DNA of 32,000 nucleotides from Synechocystis sp. PCC 6803 substr. PCC-P (GTDB lineage: Bacteria; Cyanobacteriota; Cyanobacteriia; Cyanobacteriales; Microcystaceae). Below, piece after piece: positions 8,068 through 17,988 of this stretch (position 1 is the first letter of the stretch; each line of letters starts with the position of its first letter). Position numbers and translations under genes: made by a program. Under the pieces are notes generated by a model. It saw only the letters and a list, made by a program, of their open reading frames with translations, was not told the origin of the DNA and did no database searches. Location of the stretch: positions 780,001 to 812,000 of the forward strand of contig NC_017039.1 in the NCBI RefSeq assembly GCF_000284455.1. The letters are read 5' to 3'.

Positions 8068-10661
8068 TTACTACTAGCAAGCATCAACGTCAGGCGATGA
8101 ATTTGACCTAACTGCATATTAACCCCACTCACTTGCTCAAACAAATATGCTAAATTACGGGGTTGTAGCTGGGTGCCATCATTGCGGCAAGTTCCCATGT
8201 AATCAACAGTAACTCCTTCTGATGTCATTGCAAGGATAGATAAATCAAGCAACTGTTCCCGTAAATTAAGGGTGACTTTTTTGCCCCGTTTGGTTGTTTT
8301 TTCCCACAATATTTCTTCTTGAGCAAGAATTTCTTCCGTCCAGGTTTGCCATTGGGTTAATGTCACCGGTTCTTCAGTAATTAATTGCACTTGGTAACGG
8401 GCTTGGGCCAATAATTGCGTCACCGCTGGGGATTTGGGATCCACTTCTTCCACTTGGTAAACAGGTAAATCTACTGGTAAAACGGCGGCTAAGCGTTGGC
8501 GAAATTCCCCTGGGTCGAGCATTTCTGTGAGGTCAAAATCGACTATTTCCCCGCTACTACTGGAGCCCAAAGGTAAGGCATTGGCAATGGAAATACGGGG
8601 TCCAGGATGGAATCCTCCGGTGAAGGCAATGGGCAAACCTGTGCGACGCATAGCTCGATCAAATAGTCGCACTAGGTCGAGATGACTCACCAAAGCCATG
8701 GAATTTTGCTTGCCAAACCAGACTCTTAGGCGCTGTACCCGGTTAGTGTTGGGTTTAAAGTCCCCATCAAAAACTGGAATAGAGGGCACCGGAGCAATAA
8801 TATTGTGACCAAAATCCACCCCACACACGCCGCAATGGGAGCAACCGTCAAAGGAACAGTCGGGAACGGTGGCCGCTTCTAGGGCGTTAAATAAGTCATT
8901 TTTGAGCCAAGTTTTATCAATGCCGGTATCGAGGTGGTCCCAGGGTAGGGGAGCATCATAGACATTTTCATCGGGGGTATCCCCATGGAAAATATTCCAT
9001 TCTCCGTCTTCTACAAGGCGATATTTCCAGGTTAAATCCGCTTCGTCGATCGCCTGGGCCCAGGCCCCATAGGCTTTGTCCAAACTTTCCCACCAGGCAT
9101 CCATTCCTGCTCCCAATTCCCAGGCACGACGTACCACTTGCCCCAAACGGCGATCGCCTCGACCGACAAAGTCTTCCATGGCGGAAATGCGGACATCGGT
9201 ATAATTCACTTTCACTCCTCGCACCCCTTTAAAAGCCTGTCGCAGTAAATCCTGTTTGCGGCGGAACTCACTGGTAGAAACAGAATGCCATTGAAAAGGG
9301 GTATGGGGTTTGGGGGTGAAATTGGAAATGGTCAGATTAAAATTTAAAGCTCGACGCTGGGGTAAACGACATTCTTGGCGCAACCATTGCACCGTTTCCA
9401 CAATACCTAGAACGTCCACATCGGTTTCCCCCGGCAAGCCAATCATGAAATAAAGTTTGACCTTATCCCAACCCTGTTCCACCGCGGTTTTAATTCCCCG
9501 CAATAATTCTTCGTTGGTCAACCCCTTGTTAATCACATCCCGCAACCTTTGGGTGCCTGCCTCTGGAGCAAAAGTTAAACTTCCCTGTCTAGTGCCGCCA
9601 AGAATGTTGGCAATATTTTCATCAAAACGATCCACCCTTTGGCTGGGCAAAGTGAGGGCAATATTTTCATTTTTGAGGCGATTTCTGATTTCCAATCCCA
9701 CCGCTGGTAAAGCTAAATAATCGGAACAACTGAGGGAAAGCAAAGAAAATTCGTTATAACCCGTTTGTCGAATACCTGTTTCAATGGCATCAATCACTGC
9801 TTCCGGCTCCACATCCCTGGCCGGACGGGTCAACATTCCCGGTTGGCAAAAACGACAGCCCCTAGTACAGCCCCGACGAATTTCCACCGTCAGGCGATCG
9901 TGAACAGTTTCAATCAAAGGTACCAAGCCAATGGAGTAAGCAGGGATGGGGGTGGCCACCCGGCGCATAATGCGTTTGGGCACATCGTCCCGATTAGGAT
10001 GTACGGAACCATCATTGGCCATGTCATAAAAGCGGGGCACATAAACCCCTGGCACTTGGGCTAAATCAAGTAATAAATTTTCTTTGCTTAATCCCTGAAG
10101 TTTCCCTTCTTCTAGTACCAAGCCAATTTCTGGTAACAATTCTTCCCCGTCCCCCAGGGCAATGAAATCGAAAAAGTCGGCATAGGGTTCGGGATTAGAA
10201 GTGGCAGTTTGTCCCCCGGCAAAAATCAGTGGATAATCCCCCTCTTTTCTTTCCTGCCAAGTGAGGGGAATATGGGCCAATTCCAACATTTCCAAAATAT
10301 TAGTGGCTCCCAATTCGTAGCTCAAACTAAAGCCTAAAATGTCGAATTCTGGTAAGTAACGACGGGATTCCAAGGAGAATAAGGGCGTATTTGTTTCTCG
10401 CAGTTTTGTTGCCAAGTCGGCGGCGGGGAGATAGGTGCGATCGCACAATTGCCTGGGTTGGGCATTGATGATGTTGTAGAGCAAAATATGCCCCAGGTTG
10501 GAGGCTCCCAGCTCATAAACTTCGGGATAGGTCAATACCCAGCGCACCGTAGCACTTTTCCATTCCTTGTGCACTGTCCCCAATTCGTTGCCTAGATACC
10601 GGGCGGGCTTATGGATCTCGGCATTAATCAGGGTTTCTACGGGCACTGGCATGGTTTTCAC
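8064..10661 (-). CDS. B12-binding-type radical SAM protein fused to a C-terminal DUF2344 domain (TIGR03960/TIGR03936-like)
   Basis: 865-aa ORF. Radical-SAM Cys motif RRGCTRGCRFCQPG; SFAPEAGTQRLRDVINKG; C-terminal LRVWFGKQNSMALVSHLDLVRLFDRAMRRTGLPIAFTGGFHPGPRISIANALPLG. Confidence 0.9.
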   Translation of the reverse strand: MKTMPVPVETLINAEIHKPARYLGNELGTVHKEWKSATVRWVLTYPEVYELGASNLGHILLYNIINAQPRQLCDRTYLPAADLATKLRETNTPLFSLESRRYLPEFDILGFSLSYELGATNILEMLELAHIPLTWQERKEGDYPLIFAGGQTATSNPEPYADFFDFIALGDGEELLPEIGLVLEEGKLQGLSKENLLLDLAQVPGVYVPRFYDMANDGSVHPNRDDVPKRIMRRVATPIPAYSIGLVPLIETVHDRLTVEIRRGCTRGCRFCQPGMLTRPARDVEPEAVIDAIETGIRQTGYNEFSLLSLSCSDYLALPAVGLEIRNRLKNENIALTLPSQRVDRFDENIANILGGTRQGSLTFAPEAGTQRLRDVINKGLTNEELLRGIKTAVEQGWDKVKLYFMIGLPGETDVDVLGIVETVQWLRQECRLPQRRALNFNLTISNFTPKPHTPFQWHSVSTSEFRRKQDLLRQAFKGVRGVKVNYTDVRISAMEDFVGRGDRRLGQVVRRAWELGAGMDAWWESLDKAYGAWAQAIDEADLTWKYRLVEDGEWNIFHGDTPDENVYDAPLPWDHLDTGIDKTWLKNDLFNALEAATVPDCSFDGCSHCGVCGVDFGHNIIAPVPSIPVFDGDFKPNTNRVQRLRVWFGKQNSMALVSHLDLVRLFDRAMRRTGLPIAFTGGFHPGPRISIANALPLGSSSSGEIVDFDLTEMLDPGEFRQRLAAVLPVDLPVYQVEEVDPKSPAVTQLLAQARYQVQLITEEPVTLTQWQTWTEEILAQEEILWEKTTKRGKKVTLNLREQLLDLSILAMTSEGVTVDYMGTCRNDGTQLQPRNLAYLFEQVSGVNMQLGQIHRLTLMLASSN

Positions 10662-10973
10662 TTTGGCGTTGGGCAGTTACCCATTATCGCACGGAGCTTT
10701 GGGGGAATAGTCTGCTACCAGTTTTGAGAACCAGGATTAGGGAGGGATTAGCAACAGAAAACATTCGTTGCTGCAGGGGTAGAAATCCCCTTTATCAGCG
10801 AAGACAATGATTGCCATAGAACAAATTTATCATAAAAACAGGCACAGAAGGAGACGGCAAGATTGTTAAAGAACTCTGAAGAATTTGGCTGGAGCTTGAC
10901 CCCGCTCTGGAGAATTGCTTTACCCTGTAGGGGATTGTAATTTTTGTTGTTTTCCGAGAGATAGAGGTTTGCT

Positions 10974-11972
10974 GTGAAAATTCCCGGTAGTGTCATAACC
11001 CTTCTCATCGGCGTTGTGATCACAGTTGTTAGTTTATGGTACGGACAGAATCATGGTCTGATGCCCGTGGCTGCCTCCGCCGATGCAGAAAAGGTGGATG
11101 GCATTTTTAACTACATGATGACCATTGCCACAGGATTATTCCTCTTGGTAGAAGGAGTTTTGGTTTATTGCCTGATCCGCTTTCGCCGACGCAAAGACGA
11201 CCAAACCGATGGTCCACCCATAGAAGGTAACGTGCCCCTGGAAATTCTCTGGACTGCCATCCCTACGGTGATTGTTTTTACCTTGGCGGTGTATAGCTTT
11301 GAGGTGTACAACAACCTGGGCGGTTTGGATCCAACCATTTCTAGGGATAATGCCGGTCAGCAGATGGCCCATAACCACATGGGACATATGGGGAGCATGG
11401 GGAATATGGTGGCTATGGCTGGGGACGGAGATGTTGCCCTGGGCATTGGTTTAGATAGCGAAGAACAAGGAGTCAACCCCCTGATGGTAGATGTGAAGGG
11501 AATTCAGTATGCGTGGATTTTCACCTATCCCGAAACGGGGATTATTTCCGGCGAACTGCACGCCCCCATCGATCGCCCGGTGCAATTGAACATGGAAGCC
11601 GGGGATGTGATCCATGCCTTTTGGATTCCCCAATTACGGTTAAAGCAGGATGTGATTCCGGGGCGGGGCAGTACCTTGGTGTTTAATGCCAGCACCCCTG
11701 GGCAGTATCCGGTTATCTGTGCTGAGTTGTGTGGTGCTTACCATGGGGGCATGAAATCGGTCTTCTACGCCCATACCCCCGAAGAGTATGACGACTGGGT
11801 GGCGGCCAATGCTCCGGCTCCAACGGAATCCATGGCAATGACATTGCCCAAAGCGACCACCGCCATGACCCCCAACGAATATTTAGCCCCCTATGCGAAA
11901 GAAATGGGAGTACAAACTGAAGCTTTAGCCCAATTAAAAGATCAAACCTCTCCGGTTGGAGATCTACTCTGA
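10974..11972 (+). CDS. ctaC: Cytochrome c oxidase subunit II
   Basis: 332-aa ORF with a GTG start. CuA motif CAELCGAYHGGMKS and HAFWIPQLRLKQDVIPG; two N-terminal hydrophobic segments. Confidence 0.96.
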   Translation: MKIPGSVITLLIGVVITVVSLWYGQNHGLMPVAASADAEKVDGIFNYMMTIATGLFLLVEGVLVYCLIRFRRRKDDQTDGPPIEGNVPLEILWTAIPTVIVFTLAVYSFEVYNNLGGLDPTISRDNAGQQMAHNHMGHMGSMGNMVAMAGDGDVALGIGLDSEEQGVNPLMVDVKGIQYAWIFTYPETGIISGELHAPIDRPVQLNMEAGDVIHAFWIPQLRLKQDVIPGRGSTLVFNASTPGQYPVICAELCGAYHGGMKSVFYAHTPEEYDDWVAANAPAPTESMAMTLPKATTAMTPNEYLAPYAKEMGVQTEALAQLKDQTSPVGDLL

Positions 11973-12060
11973 TTTGGTTGGAACACCTAACCTTGAGTCG
12001 TACTGGTCAGTTTTGCTTTAAAACCCTGTAAATTTTGACAAATTTGGTAGAAAACTTTTT

Positions 12061-13716
12061 ATGACTATTGCCGCTGAGAATCTAACGGCTAATCATCCCC
12101 GCCGCAAATGGACGGATTACTTTACCTTTTGCGTTGACCATAAGGTGATTGGCATCCAATATCTAGTTACGTCTTTCCTCTTCTTTTTCATTGGCGGTTC
12201 CTTTGCGGAAGCCATGCGGACGGAATTAGCCACTCCATCCCCGGATTTTGTCCAGCCGGAAATGTATAACCAACTGATGACCCTCCACGGCACGATTATG
12301 ATCTTTCTGTGGATTGTGCCGGCAGGGGCGGCCTTTGCCAACTATCTCATTCCCCTCATGGTGGGCACAGAGGATATGGCTTTTCCTCGCCTCAATGCCG
12401 TTGCTTTTTGGCTAACTCCACCGGGGGGCATTTTGCTTATTTCCAGCTTTTTTGTGGGGGCACCCCAGGCAGGCTGGACTTCCTATCCACCTTTGAGTTT
12501 GCTGAGTGGTAAATGGGGAGAAGAACTGTGGATTTTGAGTTTGCTGTTGGTGGGGACCTCCTCCATTCTGGGGGCGATTAATTTTGTTACCACCATTTTG
12601 AAGATGCGTATCAAGGACATGGATTTGCACAGTATGCCCCTGTTTTGCTGGGCTATGCTGGCCACCTCTTCTTTGATTTTGCTTTCCACCCCAGTGTTAG
12701 CATCCGCTCTGATTCTGCTTTCCTTTGACCTGATTGCCGGCACTAGCTTCTTTAACCCAGTGGGGGGGGGAGACCCGGTGGTTTACCAGCATTTATTCTG
12801 GTTTTACTCCCATCCGGCGGTGTACATCATGATTTTGCCCTTTTTTGGCGTAATCTCTGAGGTCATTCCTGTCCACGCCCGCAAACCCATCTTTGGCTAC
12901 CGGGCGATCGCCTATTCGAGTTTGGCCATTAGCTTTCTGGGCTTGATTGTCTGGGCCCACCATATGTTCACCAGCGGTACCCCCGGTTGGTTACGGATGT
13001 TCTTCATGGCTACCACCATGTTGATTGCTGTGCCCACGGGGATCAAAATTTTCAGTTGGTGCGGTACCCTCTGGGGCGGCAAAATTCAACTCAACTCCGC
13101 CATGTTGTTTGCCTTTGGTTTCCTATCTAGCTTCATGATTGGTGGGCTAACCGGGGTAATGGTGGCGTCTGTTCCGTTCGATATCCATGTCCACGACACC
13201 TATTTTGTGGTGGGACACTTCCATTACGTGCTCTTTGGTGGCAGCGCCTTTGCTTTATTTTCTGGGGTTTACCACTGGTTCCCGAAAATGACTGGCCGCA
13301 TGGTCAATGAGCCCCTGGGTCGTCTTCACTTCATCCTCACTTTTATCGGCATGAATTTAACCTTTATGCCCATGCATGAGTTGGGGTTAATGGGAATGAA
13401 CCGCCGCATTGCCCTCTACGACGTTGAATTTCAACCCCTAAACGTTTTGAGCACCATTGGAGCCTACGTTTTAGCCGCTTCCACCATTCCTTTTGTCATC
13501 AACGTTTTTTGGAGTTTGTTTAAGGGGGAAAAGGCGGCCCGGAATCCTTGGCGAGCTCTGACCCTAGAATGGCAAACGGCCTCTCCTCCTATTATTGAAA
13601 ACTTTGAAGAAGAACCAGTGCTCTGGTGTGGTCCCTACGATTTTGGTATTGACACGGAGTTAATGGATGACGAAGAAACAGTCCAAACCCTAATTGCCGA
13701 TGCGGCAGGAAGTTAG
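12061..13716 (+). CDS. ctaD: Cytochrome c oxidase subunit I
   Basis: 551-aa ORF. Haem-copper oxidase motifs FWFYSHPAVYIMILP, WAHHMFTSG and HDTYFVVGHFHYVLFGG. Confidence 0.98.
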   Translation: MTIAAENLTANHPRRKWTDYFTFCVDHKVIGIQYLVTSFLFFFIGGSFAEAMRTELATPSPDFVQPEMYNQLMTLHGTIMIFLWIVPAGAAFANYLIPLMVGTEDMAFPRLNAVAFWLTPPGGILLISSFFVGAPQAGWTSYPPLSLLSGKWGEELWILSLLLVGTSSILGAINFVTTILKMRIKDMDLHSMPLFCWAMLATSSLILLSTPVLASALILLSFDLIAGTSFFNPVGGGDPVVYQHLFWFYSHPAVYIMILPFFGVISEVIPVHARKPIFGYRAIAYSSLAISFLGLIVWAHHMFTSGTPGWLRMFFMATTMLIAVPTGIKIFSWCGTLWGGKIQLNSAMLFAFGFLSSFMIGGLTGVMVASVPFDIHVHDTYFVVGHFHYVLFGGSAFALFSGVYHWFPKMTGRMVNEPLGRLHFILTFIGMNLTFMPMHELGLMGMNRRIALYDVEFQPLNVLSTIGAYVLAASTIPFVINVFWSLFKGEKAARNPWRALTLEWQTASPPIIENFEEEPVLWCGPYDFGIDTELMDDEETVQTLIADAAGS

Positions 13717-13850
13717 TTTCTTTAACTTTCTGTGCTTAGGGGGATGGCTAGCTTAATGACCTAATGACCTCCCCCATGGGCCCGACCGCCAGAGATTTTT
13801 GGCAAAATTCTAGAAATTCAGCAACGATCCAGCGATTAATTGTCAGTCCT

Positions 13851-14465
13851 ATGCAAACCACTGCCCTTAGCTCCGATTTAAACAGTACCTATACCCCAGG
13901 GGAAGCCCACGGCCACCATGGTCACCCCGATCTACGAATGTTTGGAGTTGTCCTGTTCCTGGTGGCGGAAAGTGCCATTTTTTTGGGTCTGTTCACCGCC
14001 TATCTGATTTATCGCAGTGTGATGCCTGCCTGGCCTCCTGAGGGCACACCAGAGTTAGAATTACTCCTGCCAGGGGTCAACAGTATTATTCTGATTTCCA
14101 GTAGCTTTGTCATGCACAAAGGTCAAGCCGCCATTCGTAATAATGACAATGCCGGGTTGCAAAAATGGTTTGGCATTACTGCCGCCATGGGTATTATCTT
14201 TTTAGCTGGTCAGATGTATGAATATTTCCACCTGGAAATGGGGCTAACTACCAATTTATTTGCCAGTTGCTTTTATGTGCTCACGGGCTTTCACGGGCTC
14301 CATGTTACTTTTGGATTGCTATTAATCCTTTCTGTGCTCTGGCGATCACGGCAACCGGGCCATTACTCCCGCACATCCCATTTCGGGGTAGAAGCGGCGG
14401 AATTGTACTGGCATTTCGTCGATGTGGTCTGGATTGTTTTGTTTATTTTGGTTTACTTACTGTGA
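13851..14465 (+). CDS. ctaE: Cytochrome c oxidase subunit III
   Basis: Motifs FTAYLIYR, GFHGLHVTFG and YWHFVDVVWIVLFILVYLL. The ORF track opens at 13764, but the internal ATG at 13851 (MQTTALSSDLN...) looks like the more likely start. Confidence 0.93.
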   Translation: MQTTALSSDLNSTYTPGEAHGHHGHPDLRMFGVVLFLVAESAIFLGLFTAYLIYRSVMPAWPPEGTPELELLLPGVNSIILISSSFVMHKGQAAIRNNDNAGLQKWFGITAAMGIIFLAGQMYEYFHLEMGLTTNLFASCFYVLTGFHGLHVTFGLLLILSVLWRSRQPGHYSRTSHFGVEAAELYWHFVDVVWIVLFILVYLL

Positions 14466-14616
14466 TGGAAAGACCTTGGGCGTTAGGGCAAACCTACCTT
14501 GTGATGGGTTAATTTCGTGGGATGATAGAGAGTCGGGTTGGCATTCCCTAGTCCTTCCATTGCCCAACTGAATAGCCCAAACCCCTAAGTAATCAAAAGA
14601 GTTCTTGACCATTACC

Positions 14617-14946
14617 ATGAGTTTACTGGAAATCACCGACGCTGAATTTGAGCAGGAAACCCAAGGGCAAACTAAGCCTGTGTTGGTTTATTTTTGGGCT
14701 TCCTGGTGTGGCCCTTGTCGGTTGATGGCCCCTGCTATCCAGGCGATCGCCAAGGATTATGGTGATAAGCTCAAAGTGCTCAAGTTGGAAGTGGATCCCA
14801 ACCCTGCCGCCGTAGCCCAATGCAAAGTGGAAGGGGTACCAGCGCTGCGTTTGTTCAAAAATAATGAGCTAGTGATGACCCACGAAGGGGCGATCGCCAA
14901 ACCCAAATTACTGGAGTTACTGAAAGAGGAATTGGATTTTATTTAA
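14617..14946 (+). CDS. Thioredoxin
   Basis: Active site WASWCGPCRLM and a thioredoxin fold (VEGVPALRLFKNNE). The track start at 14605 is also possible. Confidence 0.93.
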   Translation: MSLLEITDAEFEQETQGQTKPVLVYFWASWCGPCRLMAPAIQAIAKDYGDKLKVLKLEVDPNPAAVAQCKVEGVPALRLFKNNELVMTHEGAIAKPKLLELLKEELDFI

Positions 14947-15018
14947 GACGGTGCTGATTGCCGAAAGCATTCCCTAAACTGACCAGAGCTATTTGTTTAT
15001 AATCCTTTCTCTCTAACC

Positions 15019-16155
15019 ATGGCCGCCGCAATTAAACCTTTTTACTTCGACATTAGCGACGACGAAATTGAATTTTTTCTGGATGAGGCCAGGCAAATCC
15101 TCAAATCCGGCACTTTGATTTTGGGAAACCACACCCAGGAGTTTGAACGGGGCTTTGCGGAATTTGTTGGTACCAAAAACGCTATTTCGGTTAATAGCGG
15201 CACCTCTGGGCTGGAAATTCTCTTGCGGTTGAAGCAGGCGGAAAATACCACTGTTCTTGTGCCCACCAACACAAATTTTGCCACCGTTGCTTCTGTGTTG
15301 CGGGTAAACAGTGATGTGCAATATTTGGACATGGACCCCAAAACCTTTGCCCCTTCCCTAGCCATGGTTAAGGAAGCGGTCGAAGGCAAAAGTTACCCCA
15401 AACCTTTGTCCGGTGTTTTTTGGGTGCATATCGGCGGCGTAATTTCCCCCGAATTCCCCGCAGTGGTGGATTATTGCCATGGCAAAGGCCTCTACGTTTG
15501 GGAAGATACGGCCCACGCCCACGGCAGTCAACTCCAAGGTAAACAGGCGGGCAACTTAGCTGATGGCGCTTCCTTTTCCTTTTTCCCCACCAAAGTAATG
15601 ACCACCTTTGAAGGCGGCATGGTCACCCTCAATGATGACGAAGAAGATACCATTGCCCGTTCATTGCGAAACCAGGGAAAACGGGGCATGAATTTTGGTG
15701 GTCTGCATACGGACTTTGGCAACAGCACCCGCATGACGGAAATCCACGCTTTGTTGGGACAAATTCACCTGGCCAAGTTAGAGAGAATGTTGGCCACCAG
15801 ACAAAAGGCCTACGAACTAATCACAACCCCCCTCAGGGAAGCGGGCATTGAGTTTGTTTCCACTGACCACATGGACAGGGCCAGTCAATACAAACTGATG
15901 GTGTTGTTACCGGAAGGCAAAACCCCGGCCCAAATGAAAGAAGCTCTGGCGGCAGAGGAAATTTATTTGGGAGGGACAGTGTACGAAATTCCCTGCCATT
16001 TACAACCGGTGTTTAAAGATGTTTGTCCTGGGCAATCTTTTCCCAATGCAGAAACCTGGTGTCCCCGTCACATTTGTCCCCCTTTAACCTCCGGTACTAC
16101 TCCAGAGGAAGCGACCCGGGTCGGGGAAGCGTTAGTTCGCCATTTGCAGTCCTAG
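15019..16155 (+). CDS. DegT/DnrJ/EryC1/StrS-family PLP-dependent aminotransferase
   Basis: 378-aa ORF. VNSGTSGLEILLR, WEDTAHAHGSQLQGKQAG, SFSFFPTKVMTTFEGGMVTLND (catalytic Lys context), NSTRMTEIHALLG. Confidence 0.92.
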   Translation: MAAAIKPFYFDISDDEIEFFLDEARQILKSGTLILGNHTQEFERGFAEFVGTKNAISVNSGTSGLEILLRLKQAENTTVLVPTNTNFATVASVLRVNSDVQYLDMDPKTFAPSLAMVKEAVEGKSYPKPLSGVFWVHIGGVISPEFPAVVDYCHGKGLYVWEDTAHAHGSQLQGKQAGNLADGASFSFFPTKVMTTFEGGMVTLNDDEEDTIARSLRNQGKRGMNFGGLHTDFGNSTRMTEIHALLGQIHLAKLERMLATRQKAYELITTPLREAGIEFVSTDHMDRASQYKLMVLLPEGKTPAQMKEALAAEEIYLGGTVYEIPCHLQPVFKDVCPGQSFPNAETWCPRHICPPLTSGTTPEEATRVGEALVRHLQS

Positions 16156-16186
16156 ATTTCTTATTCAGGAATATTCTGCCCCAATT

Positions 16187-16987
16187 TTAGCTAGCGATCG
16201 CCTCCGTTTCTTCCGTTTCCCTACCCCTCAATAGGCTAGAAATTTCATCGCTATATTTAAAAAACTCTGGTTCCCGCTTAATTTTATAGGTCCGATTTTT
16301 CGGAGTTTCTTCATCCCCCGGCAGATTAATGGTTAATTCCCGCTGAATAGTGCCGGGACGGGAACTCAACACATAAACCCGTTGGGCCAGAAATACGGCT
16401 TCCTCCACGTCATGGGTAATCATCAAAATGCTACATTGCAGTCTTTGCCAAATATCAATCAGATATTCATGCATCCTTTCCTTGGTTTGAATATCTAAAG
16501 CGCCAAAGGGTTCATCCATTAATAAGACTTTTGGATGGCAAGCCAAAGACCTGGCGATCGCCACCCGTTGTTTCATGCCACCGGACAATTCCCTGGGATA
16601 AGCTTCAGAAAAATTAATTAGCCCCACCACGTCCAGATAATAACTAGCGGTGTCAAAGCGTTCCTTTTGGGAGCAACCTTGGAGTTTGAGACCAAATTCT
16701 ACATTTTGCCGCACAGTCATCCAGGGAAAAAGACTGTAATGTTGGAAAACCATACCCCGGTCAGCCCCTGGTCCCGTCACCCTTTGTCCATCCACATTAA
16801 TGGTGCCGGAAGTCGGAGTATCCAAACCAGCAATTAACCTCAAAAGGGTCGATTTTCCGGAACCAGAAGCCCCCACTGCACACACAAATTCCCCGGTTTC
16901 AATGTGCATATTGATGTTTTTTAGAGCTACCACTGACCCCCGTTTGCCGACAAACACCCGATTTAAATCAGTTATTTCTAGATGCAT
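16187..16987 (-). CDS. ABC transporter ATP-binding protein (NrtD/SsuB/TauB type), likely part of a guanidine importer
   Basis: Walker A GASGSGKSTLLR, signature LSGGMKQR, Walker B VLLMDEPFGALD. Co-directional with the permease. Confidence 0.94.
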   Translation of the reverse strand: MHLEITDLNRVFVGKRGSVVALKNINMHIETGEFVCAVGASGSGKSTLLRLIAGLDTPTSGTINVDGQRVTGPGADRGMVFQHYSLFPWMTVRQNVEFGLKLQGCSQKERFDTASYYLDVVGLINFSEAYPRELSGGMKQRVAIARSLACHPKVLLMDEPFGALDIQTKERMHEYLIDIWQRLQCSILMITHDVEEAVFLAQRVYVLSSRPGTIQRELTINLPGDEETPKNRTYKIKREPEFFKYSDEISSLLRGRETEETEAIAS

Positions 16988-17043
16988 GGTTTTTATTATT
17001 TACAATTAATTTAATAGTTTTGTAATGATGGAAAAAATCTGAC

Positions 17044-17886
17044 TTATTGTTCCAAAGACCATTTACAAGTGAATCTGAGGATGAGGCGAAATGATAAATC
17101 CAACGCAAAGCCAATTAATCCCAAAACAATTAAGCAAGCAAAAATCTCATCGGTTTTCAAAAATTTCTGAGCTAGCAAAATACGCTTCCCTAAGCCATTG
17201 TCTGCCGCCACCAATTCCGCCACCACTACCAAGTTCCAAGCCGCCGCCATGTTGATCCGAAAGGCGTCAAGAATATTGGGAATAATGTAGGGGGTGATGA
17301 CCTTAAACAAAATCTGTTTCCTTAATCCCCCTAGGGTATAGGTAACTTCAATTAATTCCTTGGGAATAAATTTGACCGCATCCATAATCATCAGGGTATT
17401 AAAAAATATTGTCCCAATGAAAATTAAGGCAATTTTTGAAGCCTCATCAATGCCGAGGTAAATAATTAATAATGGAATAAAGGCTGGGGCTGGCATGTAA
17501 CGCACCACACCAATAATTGGCTCTGTTAGGCTACGTATGCTGGGAAATGTCCCCATTAAAATCCCCAAGGGAATAGCCACCAATCCCCCTAAAAAAAATC
17601 CCCCCACTACTCGCCCAAAACTAGTCAGGGAATCCTGGATTAGAAATCCATCCTTAAATAGCTTTATCAAGGCTTGAATTACCGACTGGGGCGAAGGCAG
17701 AAAAACATCACTCACAGTGGGTAAAGATGAAAGCAGTGCCCACAATACCAAAGGAATAATGATCGATAAGGACATTAACGACCATTTGAGAGATTCGGGT
17801 ATTTCCCCACCAATGCGCCAAAAAACTGTGGGCTTGAGGGATTCTTTAGAGGGATAATCTGATAATTTATCCTGGGCAATAGTCAT
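17044..17886 (-). CDS. ABC transporter permease (nitrate/sulfonate/taurine type)
   Basis: 280-aa hydrophobic ORF with the binding-protein-dependent permease loop DAFRINMAAAWNLVVVAEL(V). Confidence 0.93.
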   Translation of the reverse strand: MTIAQDKLSDYPSKESLKPTVFWRIGGEIPESLKWSLMSLSIIIPLVLWALLSSLPTVSDVFLPSPQSVIQALIKLFKDGFLIQDSLTSFGRVVGGFFLGGLVAIPLGILMGTFPSIRSLTEPIIGVVRYMPAPAFIPLLIIYLGIDEASKIALIFIGTIFFNTLMIMDAVKFIPKELIEVTYTLGGLRKQILFKVITPYIIPNILDAFRINMAAAWNLVVVAELVAADNGLGKRILLAQKFLKTDEIFACLIVLGLIGFALDLSFRLILRFTCKWSLEQ

Positions 17887-17988
17887 AGTATTAGGGAAAT
17901 TGATTGGCTAACAGAGTGAGCAAATTGTCACAAAGAAAAATCAAAATCCCTCCGATTACTGGTTGGAGATGAGAACTCGAAGTAAAAA

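Noticed and set aside
5400-8100. Transposon or prophage carrying the AT-rich gene
   Set aside because: I saw no transposase or integrase ORF, convincing terminal inverted repeat, target duplication or adjacent tRNA. Foreign origin rests only on composition and missing HIP1. The HIP1 gap also extends into the first part of the neighbouring radical-SAM gene, so this marker alone is weak.
9457-10064. 87-aa and 99-aa + strand ORFs inside the radical-SAM gene
   Set aside because: They are antisense to a strongly supported coding sequence, with no recognisable motifs.
10748-11023. 91-aa minus ORF in the ctaC upstream region
   Set aside because: It overlaps the ctaC start, has low-complexity composition and no motif. 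The region is better explained as the divergent promoter interval.
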